Part shown: positions 57,039 through 64,000 of the stretch, piece after piece
How the letters are laid out: each line of letters opens with the position of its first letter
Numbering within the stretch: the first letter of the stretch is position 1
Source of the DNA: Nitrospinales bacterium
GTDB lineage: Bacteria > Nitrospinota > Nitrospinia > Nitrospinales > VA-1
NCBI GenBank assembly: GCA_965223795.1
Contig: CBDCXL010000002.1
Coordinates: forward strand, 2,624,001-2,688,000
Direction of reading: 5' to 3'
Length of the DNA stretch: 64,000 nucleotides
Translations under genes and position numbers: made by a program
The notes under the pieces: model-generated
The model's input: only the letters and a program-made list of their open reading frames with translations
Told to the model about the DNA's origin: nothing
Database searches by the model: none

Positions 57039-59615
57039 TTAGGATTCCGCGGCCGAAGATAATTCGAGCTCATGGGAGTCCGGTTTCTGTGCCCGGATGC
57101 GGTGGTGGTGTCCGTCGGTTTCGATGTGGATGGAGCCGTTGAGGTCGGTGCGGAAAATGACGCTGCCCGCTTTTTCGTAGCGCTTGAGGACTTCGGGGTG
57201 GGGGTGTTTCATCCAGCTCAGGTAACCGCTGGAGAACACGACGGCCTTCGGGTTCACGGCCTGGATGAAGTCTGCGGAATTGGAAAAGCGGCTGCCGTGG
57301 TGCGGGCTTTTCAATAGGGTCGCCTGTATGGGCGCTGCGTTTTCGATCAGCCTGCGCTCGACGCGGCTGCCGATGTCTCCGGTCAGCAGCATGCTGAACT
57401 GTTTGTATTCGAGCCTCAGCACCAGCGAGCGGTCGTTGCCTGCTCTTGGGTTTTCGCTGAACGCCGCCAGGCGTACGGGTTGCGGGTCCGGATGCAGGGG
57501 CAGCAGCGTCACGTCGCCGACGCTGAAGGGCACTCCCGGTGTCAGCGGGATGCGGCGCGCGCCGTTTGCCAGCGCGTCGGCGCGCAGCGCGTCGATGCGG
57601 GCGTCGGGGATGCGCGTGAAGCCGTCGAGAAAGTGGCCGACCGGAAACAGGGTCACCAGCGATTCGAGGCCGCTGATGTGGTCGTTGTCCGAATGGCTGG
57701 GCGCGAGGTAGTCGATGCGGCCGATGCCCCGGCTCCAGAGAAACGGCGCGACGACGCGCCGGCCCACGTCGAGGGCGTTCTTGTAAAACCCGCCGCCGTC
57801 GAGGATCATCGTCTCCCGGTTGGGAAACTCGACGAAGATCGATTCGCCCTGTCCCACATCGAGGATGGAAATCCGCAGCGTGTCCGTCGGCAGCAGATGC
57901 AGGCGCGGCGCAACGAGCCAGAGGATCAGCACCGGCGCCGCGAGGGGCAGGCTGAGACGCAGGATCGTCAAGCGCCGCGGCGGTGCGGCGGTGTTGTCAA
58001 ATACCCAAAGCAACACAACGGCGGTCAACGCGGCGGCGTAGAGCAGAAACCAGAAGTCCGGCGGCGTCGGCACGTGCAGGGAAGCGAAGGGCAGGCGGGC
58101 AAACACCTCCGGCACGAATAGAAATCCTTTGAGCAGCGCGGTCACCGGAAAGGCGAGGAGATGCGCGAGGCCGGGAGCCGCCATGCCGATGAGCACGGTG
58201 GCCAGCGCCAGCGGCACCAAAAGCGAGGCCAGCGGGATCATGAGCAGGTTCAACAGCCAGCCGATCAGGCTCACGCGGTTGAAGTGGACGATGAGGATGG
58301 GCAGCGTGGCGAAGAGCACGGCGAACGAGACGACCGCACCGCAGGCGGTGGTCTTCTGGATCTGAAACAGCAGCCGCCGCCAGAAGGGCAGGTCGTCCGG
58401 CTGGCGCAGGATGCGCTGCCACCACGCGGGTTCGCCCATGCGGTTCACCGGGTCCTGCATGAGCCGGGTCAAAACGTGAAACACGCACAGCACGGCGGCG
58501 GTGGCGGCGAAGGAGAGCTGAAAGCCGGGGTCGAGCACGGCCTTTGCGTCCAGGATCAACAGCGCGAAGGCGGCCAGCAGCAGGGCGTTGAACAGGTTGC
58601 GCTGCCGGTCGATGCAAAACGCGATCAACACGACACACACCATGATCCCGGCGCGCAGGGCGGATACCTTCTGCCCGACCAGGATCAGGTAGAACAGCAC
58701 CGGCCCCAGGCAGAGAAACGCCGCGGCTTTGCGCGCCGTTCCGGATTGAGCCCATTCAGGCCGGTAGCGCAGGCAGGCCCGGAACAGCAGCGGCCAGAAC
58801 AGAACGAATCCGGCGGCGGCGACGAAACCGACGTGCAGACCGGAAACCGCCATCAGGTGCGCCAGTCCCGTGGCGAGGTAGCTTTCGCGGGTGGTCTCGG
58901 AAAGAGAGGATTTGTCGCTCAACAGCAGCGCCTTGAGCAGCGCCGCTTCCTCACCCTGAAACAATTCGCTGAGGGAGGCGAGAAACCGTTCGCGCAGGTG
59001 AATTCTAAAAGCGGCGGCGAAGGGCAGGGGGGCGGCGCCCAATTTCTCGATGGCGCTGGCTTTGGACAGGTTGCCGGTGACGTCGATGTCGTTTGCGCGC
59101 ATGTAGCGCTCGTAATCGAAGCGGCCGGGGTTTTTGAAGTTGCGCGGCCGTTTCAGCCTGAGTTTGTGAACGCGCAGCTTCTCTCCCGCACGGAATGCAG
59201 GGGGCGCTGTATCGTATAGCGTGATCTGCGCCCGCCCGGTGACCGGTGTCCAGTTAACGCCGTACCGGATCTGTTCGAGCTCCACCTGCAGGCGCACCCG
59301 CTCGGCGTTTTTCTGCGGGATGGCGATCACGCGGCCTTCGACGGCGGCCCTTCGGGTTTCATCGAGATGGTATTCGATGTGGCTTGCGGGGCGAAAAAAA
59401 TCAGCCCAATCGGGCGCGAGCAGGCCTGCCGGGACAAGGCAGACGAACGCGATTTTCTTCGCCCAGCCGTTGTTGCGTGAGCGATGAAAGAAAAAACAGG
59501 CTGCGGTCAGCGCGCACACGGTCAGCGCATGCGGGAGAAAAAAACCGGCTGTGGCGGGAAGCGAAGCGAGGACCCCGCCCAGGTAGGCCAGGAAATAGGG
59601 GAGCAAGGGGGCCAT
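57039..59615 (-). CDS. comEC: competence protein ComEC/Rec2
   Basis: NPGRFDY, GLAHLMAVSGLHVG, GFQLSF, DVGQG, SHSDNDH, HHGS. Confidence 0.96.
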   Translation of the reverse strand: MAPLLPYFLAYLGGVLASLPATAGFFLPHALTVCALTAACFFFHRSRNNGWAKKIAFVCLVPAGLLAPDWADFFRPASHIEYHLDETRRAAVEGRVIAIPQKNAERVRLQVELEQIRYGVNWTPVTGRAQITLYDTAPPAFRAGEKLRVHKLRLKRPRNFKNPGRFDYERYMRANDIDVTGNLSKASAIEKLGAAPLPFAAAFRIHLRERFLASLSELFQGEEAALLKALLLSDKSSLSETTRESYLATGLAHLMAVSGLHVGFVAAAGFVLFWPLLFRACLRYRPEWAQSGTARKAAAFLCLGPVLFYLILVGQKVSALRAGIMVCVVLIAFCIDRQRNLFNALLLAAFALLILDAKAVLDPGFQLSFAATAAVLCVFHVLTRLMQDPVNRMGEPAWWQRILRQPDDLPFWRRLLFQIQKTTACGAVVSFAVLFATLPILIVHFNRVSLIGWLLNLLMIPLASLLVPLALATVLIGMAAPGLAHLLAFPVTALLKGFLFVPEVFARLPFASLHVPTPPDFWFLLYAAALTAVVLLWVFDNTAAPPRRLTILRLSLPLAAPVLILWLVAPRLHLLPTDTLRISILDVGQGESIFVEFPNRETMILDGGGFYKNALDVGRRVVAPFLWSRGIGRIDYLAPSHSDNDHISGLESLVTLFPVGHFLDGFTRIPDARIDALRADALANGARRIPLTPGVPFSVGDVTLLPLHPDPQPVRLAAFSENPRAGNDRSLVLRLEYKQFSMLLTGDIGSRVERRLIENAAPIQATLLKSPHHGSRFSNSADFIQAVNPKAVVFSSGYLSWMKHPHPEVLKRYEKAGSVIFRTDLNGSIHIETDGHHHRIRAQKPDSHELELSSAAES

Positions 59616-59630
59616 GCGACCCTTTCGGTA

Positions 59631-61748
59631 TCAGCGGACCCAGGTGAGTTCGATCCGCCGTCTCGCAATGTCCACGTCGTGAATGCGCACCGTCACCGGA
59701 TCGCCGATGGTGAAGGCGCGGTGGCGGCGTTGTCCCTGAAGCTTGTGCTCGGTCTCGAAAAAGATGTAGTAATCGTCGGTGAGGGAGGACACCCGCACCA
59801 GTCCTTCCACGAACACTTCCGAAAGCTCCACGAAAAACCCGAAGGCGGTGACGCCGGTGATGAAGCCGGTGTAGGTCTGCCCGATCTTGTCCGCCATGAA
59901 CTGGGCGCGGCGCAGGTCGATGATCTCGCGTTCGATCTCCATGGCCTTGCGTTCCGTGGCCGAGGACTGCACCGCCTGGTCGGCGATTTTCGGCAGCAGG
60001 CGTTTTTTCTCCCTCTGCGAGCACTTGCGTTTTTTGAGGAACGCCTTGAGCAGCCGGTGCGTGATCAGGTCGGGATAGCGCCGGATGGGCGAGGTGAAAT
60101 GCGTGTAGTGGTCGAACCCGAGGGCGAAGTGGCCGGGGTCCTTTTCCGAGTAGACGGCTTTCTTCATGGTCCGCAGCAGCAGCAGGTTGATGGTGCGCTC
60201 TTCTTTTTTGCCGCGCACGCGTTTGAGCAGGTTCTGCAGATCCACCGAGCGCACGTTGCGCACGCTTCTCAGCCTGAGCCCGAACGAGGCGATGAACTGA
60301 TTGAAGTCGGCGATTTTTTCCTCGTCGGGTTTTTCGTGAATGCGGTGGATGACGGGCACGTTCTTTTCGGTCAGGTAGCGCGCGATCTCCCGGTTCGCCG
60401 CCAGCATGAATTCCTCGATCAGCTCGTGCGCGTCGTTGTGCTCGGCGAGCTCGATGCCGGTGACCTTGCCGTTTTTATCCACCTGGATTTCCGGCTCGGG
60501 AATGTTCATGTCCACGCTGCCTTTTTGGAAACGGTTTTTCCTCAGGGTCTGGGACAGGGTGTGCATCTCCTGCAAGACGGGCAGGGCTTCGGAGAAGGTT
60601 CCGTCCTTATCGCCGTTTTTCAACAGTGCGGCGACCTGCCTGTAGGTGAAGCGGATGCGGCTTTTTATGGTGGAGAGGAACGGTTTCGCGCCGAGCACCT
60701 TGCCCTTCTTGTCGAAATCGATCAGCACGCTCACGGTCAGCCGTTTCACGCCCGGCTTGAGGCTGCAGGCCTCGTTGGAGAGCTGGAACGGCAGCATGGG
60801 GATGACCCCATCCGGGTAGTAGGTGCTGGTGCCGCGCTGATAGGCTTCCTTGTCGAGCTTGGAGTCCTCGCGCACGAAATGGCTGACGTCGGCGATGTGC
60901 ACGCCGAGCCGGTAGCCGCCGTTCACGATCTCCAGGGACACGGCGTCGTCGAAGTCCTTGGCCTTCTCGCCGTCGATGGTGAAGATCATCCAGCCGGAAA
61001 GGTCCTTGCGGTCCTCGTCCGCGCCGCCTTCCGCCAGCGTCTTTTCCACGCGGTCGGCTTCGCTCAGCACCTTGGGTGGAAAGTCCTTGTGCACGCCGTA
61101 TTTGCGGAAGACGGACTTGATCTCCACTTCCGGGTCGTCGGCGAAACCGAGGACTTCCGTGACGCGTCCCTGCGGCGGCTGGTGATTTGTGGGCGGTGCG
61201 TCGATCTTAACGGTCACCACCTGGCCGGGCTTGGCGCCGCTCTTGTGCCTGGCGGGCACGAACACATCGTGCACGTATTTTTCCTCCATCGGGATCACCC
61301 AGCCGTTGGTGCCGAATTTCTCGAACACGCCGACCAGCGATTCGGTGTTGCGCTTGACGATGCGGATCACCCGGCCTTCCGGCCGCTCGCGGCCGCGCCG
61401 GGTTTCCACCCGCGCGATCACCTTGTCCTGGTGCATGGCCGTGCCGGTCATGCTGCGGGCGATGTAGAGATCCTCGCCGTCCTCTTTATTGTCCGGCGCC
61501 ACGAAACCGTAGCCGTTGGGATGGCCGAGGAAGGTGCCGGTGACGAGGTTCATGGCGTCGGGCAATCCGTAGCGGCCGCCGCGGATGCGGATGAGCGTCC
61601 CCTCCGCGGCCATGTCCTTGACCTTGTTTCTGAATTCGCGCCGCTGCGTGTCGGGGATGCCGAGCTGCTTCACCAGTTCGCTGACCTTCATCGGGTGGCT
61701 GGACTTTTTGCGCAGCAGGTTGAGGATCGATTGTTCGGTGAGTTTCAT
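59631..61748 (-). CDS. rnr: ribonuclease R
   Basis: TIDGEKAKDFDDA, HIADVSHFV, IEEFMLAAN, HFTSPIRRYPDL, C-terminal S1. Confidence 0.96.
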   Translation of the reverse strand: MKLTEQSILNLLRKKSSHPMKVSELVKQLGIPDTQRREFRNKVKDMAAEGTLIRIRGGRYGLPDAMNLVTGTFLGHPNGYGFVAPDNKEDGEDLYIARSMTGTAMHQDKVIARVETRRGRERPEGRVIRIVKRNTESLVGVFEKFGTNGWVIPMEEKYVHDVFVPARHKSGAKPGQVVTVKIDAPPTNHQPPQGRVTEVLGFADDPEVEIKSVFRKYGVHKDFPPKVLSEADRVEKTLAEGGADEDRKDLSGWMIFTIDGEKAKDFDDAVSLEIVNGGYRLGVHIADVSHFVREDSKLDKEAYQRGTSTYYPDGVIPMLPFQLSNEACSLKPGVKRLTVSVLIDFDKKGKVLGAKPFLSTIKSRIRFTYRQVAALLKNGDKDGTFSEALPVLQEMHTLSQTLRKNRFQKGSVDMNIPEPEIQVDKNGKVTGIELAEHNDAHELIEEFMLAANREIARYLTEKNVPVIHRIHEKPDEEKIADFNQFIASFGLRLRSVRNVRSVDLQNLLKRVRGKKEERTINLLLLRTMKKAVYSEKDPGHFALGFDHYTHFTSPIRRYPDLITHRLLKAFLKKRKCSQREKKRLLPKIADQAVQSSATERKAMEIEREIIDLRRAQFMADKIGQTYTGFITGVTAFGFFVELSEVFVEGLVRVSSLTDDYYIFFETEHKLQGQRRHRAFTIGDPVTVRIHDVDIARRRIELTWVR

Positions 61749-61805
61749 GCAGGAAGAGATGTGTTTATAGTAGGAAATACTTAAGAAATTGTGGTGAGGT
61801 AAGAA

Positions 61806-63539
61806 TTAATTTTGTAAATTAGCAAATACGTTATAAATAGCATCTAACTTTAATGCGATCTCTTGATCGATTAAATCATTTGGTACAAATAGTGCCAATT
61901 CATGAAAATTCTTTTTTGCCATATCATTATATAGCTCCATTTTTTTGTAGAATTCTTCAAACACAGGTACTAAAAAATCATCGCTGACTTTGACATCGCT
62001 TTCAGGGTCCCAAGGGGAACCTTTCTTCAAAGTTTTTAAAGCCGATTCTACTTTTTCAATCGATTCTTTCATGGCTTTAAGCCGACGACTCACTTCATAT
62101 TCATCATATAAAGGTCCTGCAGAGCTTTCCATACCGGATTGTTTTGCAAACTCTTCTAATGTTTCTCTTTGACATAGATAATTTTCGATTTCTTTTCGCG
62201 TCCACATTAATATATGCAATGGTGGTTCTGCCGAGGGGCTTTCTTCGAGTCGATCAAAAATTGCTATTCCCTTTAAATGAGGCAATGCTTCTCGTAAACC
62301 ATAAAAATGACTTTTGACTGCGCCAGGGTTATTGCCAACATATTTAACAAAAGGCCTTTGAAGAGCACTTAAAGCGTTTTTATGGTTTAATTTTTTTGCA
62401 AATGCTCGAAGTATTGCTAAATCTGTTGATCCTTCTAAATAAACAACCCAACCATTTTGTTCTCCTTGATAATATTGGTCCCACCCGATTTCGTTTAAAG
62501 ATTTTTTTACTTGACTGCCTTGGTCATTGATACGATGTGGCTTCCCGACAAACGCTACAACTACGTCTCTCCCTGCAGCTTCATTAAGCAATACTTCAGA
62601 ATGACTTGCTGCAATAATTTGACTTCCAGTTTCTTTTGCAACATCGGTGAGTAATTGATAAATTTCTTTTTGTCTTAAAATTTCCAAATGAGCATCTGGT
62701 TCATCCAGCAATAGAACAGTTTCTCTATTTGCGTACATATATGAAAGAAGAAGTAGAGTTTGTTGAAGACCCCTTCCGGCTGATGATATGTCTAAATGGG
62801 CAGACTTTTCAATGTATCCCATGGTGATTTCTCCACGTTCAGGAATATATGAAGGAGTATCCAAAGTAACACCAAATAGGGACATTGCTTGATCTACTAA
62901 TTTTCCCCAAGAATCATTTTGTTCATCGTAAATTATGTAACATAAGTTCCTAAGTACTTCAGCGGTTCTTCCTTCTCCTATTCGAACATCAATTGCCCCT
63001 TTATCAAGTTTTGTTTCATTTGAAGTTAAACCTGACATTGGAGGAAGAAAAGCTACTTTTATATTGCTTGCGATTTCGGGAATAGGGAATCTTTCTATAG
63101 GTGCTTTTTCTGACTTTCGAAGGGGGCGACAAAAAAAAGATTCCTCGTTTGCATAATCAAATTCCAGTCCACATTCCCAATTCACATTTTTTGTGGTTCC
63201 TTCGACAATAATATCTACTCGAATATTTTTAGTTTCCTGTTTTCCATTGAGCTTCTTCACATCTCTGACACGCAAATTCCTCCATAAAAGATTGGCACTG
63301 GAGATTGGGATAGAGACTAAATCACGTCTATTGATAGTGACTCCAGGGCGTTGTTCGGGAGTTTTTTTCCCTTTTCGCTTTTCCGACCAACGTTTTAGCC
63401 CCATTTCCCAAAGAGCCAGCGCTTGAAGAGCCGTGGTTTTTCCTGAATTATTTGGGCCGATCAACACAACCGGATTGCCAAGCTCAACTTCGACCGTTTC
63501 AAATCTTTTGAAGTTTTTTATCGTAATTTTTGTGAGCAT
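61806..63539 (-). CDS. ABC-type ATPase with TOPRIM-like C-terminus (OLD-like; AT-rich islet)
   Basis: IKNFKRF, GPNNSGKTT, SSAGRG, LLLDEPDAHL, ASHS, YLEGSTD, EIENYL. Confidence 0.85.
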   Translation of the reverse strand: MLTKITIKNFKRFETVEVELGNPVVLIGPNNSGKTTALQALALWEMGLKRWSEKRKGKKTPEQRPGVTINRRDLVSIPISSANLLWRNLRVRDVKKLNGKQETKNIRVDIIVEGTTKNVNWECGLEFDYANEESFFCRPLRKSEKAPIERFPIPEIASNIKVAFLPPMSGLTSNETKLDKGAIDVRIGEGRTAEVLRNLCYIIYDEQNDSWGKLVDQAMSLFGVTLDTPSYIPERGEITMGYIEKSAHLDISSAGRGLQQTLLLLSYMYANRETVLLLDEPDAHLEILRQKEIYQLLTDVAKETGSQIIAASHSEVLLNEAAGRDVVVAFVGKPHRINDQGSQVKKSLNEIGWDQYYQGEQNGWVVYLEGSTDLAILRAFAKKLNHKNALSALQRPFVKYVGNNPGAVKSHFYGLREALPHLKGIAIFDRLEESPSAEPPLHILMWTRKEIENYLCQRETLEEFAKQSGMESSAGPLYDEYEVSRRLKAMKESIEKVESALKTLKKGSPWDPESDVKVSDDFLVPVFEEFYKKMELYNDMAKKNFHELALFVPNDLIDQEIALKLDAIYNVFANLQN

Positions 63540-63767
63540 ATATAGAAGGTATTGCTGAGATATGAAATGTAAGCAGATTATTCATAAAGTTATTGAGATT
63601 CTTGATCCAAAATTTCCTAATAGGTAATTTAAGTAACTATCGATGCAGTATATATATGAATCTTTAAAGCCATTCAATATTTATACTATCCGAGCTGGGA
63701 ATATTTAGTTTTAAAAATATAATTGGGAAATTAGGCAATTTGTAGAGAGGCTGCACAGCCCGGATTT

Positions 63768-63796
63768 TTGCTTTTTCGCCGCAGGTCTCTTATAAT
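63768..63796 (+). promoter_or_regulatory. sigma70 promoter of pheT
   Basis: TTGCTT-17 nt-TATAAT. Confidence 0.7.
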
Positions 63797-63828
63797 TCGG
63801 CATTTGTTTCTAATGATATGGAGTGGTT

Positions 63829-64000
63829 GTGCTGATCGAGCTGGACTGGTTGAAAGAGTATGTCGAGGTGGATCTCGACGCCGGGGCGCTGGCCCACGCG
63901 CTGACGATGGGCGGGCTGGAACTGGAATCGCTGGAAGCTGTGGCCTTGTCCGACGGCGCGAAGCGGGAGGTGCTGGAACTCAACGTGACGCCCAACCGGG
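63829..64000 (+). CDS. pheT: phenylalanine-tRNA ligase beta subunit, 3'-truncated by the window edge
   Basis: GGAG RBS and GTG start; MLIELDWLKEYV...LTMGGLELE...LELNVTPNR. Confidence 0.88.
   Translation, partial: MLIELDWLKEYVEVDLDAGALAHALTMGGLELESLEAVALSDGAKREVLELNVTPNR

Overview
A GC-rich bacterial chromosome segment. The gene content suggests a Nitrospina-like nitrite oxidiser, but that assignment is inference. The backbone is housekeeping and metabolic genes: proB, purA, cstA, an nfuA-like gene, tenA/thiD, a MacAB-like exporter, squalene synthase, ispH, sdhCAB, gatCA, comEC, rnr and pheT. Four sharply bounded AT-rich islets interrupt it, none with an integrase or transposase. (1) An uncharacterised two-membrane-protein operon at 2.3-3.3 kb. 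(2) A complete retron at 14.5-16.3 kb, with a foldable msr-msd ncRNA followed by an RT fused to a trypsin-like serine protease, next to a duplicated 3' end of nfuA. (3) A DUF4258/MqsA-like toxin-antitoxin pair at 42-43 kb whose toxin is broken by two indels. (4) A solitary ABC-ATPase/TOPRIM-like gene at 61.8-63.5 kb. The window also holds a fully legible sigma54 promoter driving a detox operon, a NemR-like TetR regulon with cytochrome P460, a PAS plus hemerythrin chemoreceptor, a secreted protein resembling a plant XLG/EDR4 module, and clusters of nested short palindromic repeats from about four families. All calls come from reading motifs by eye; no searches were run.
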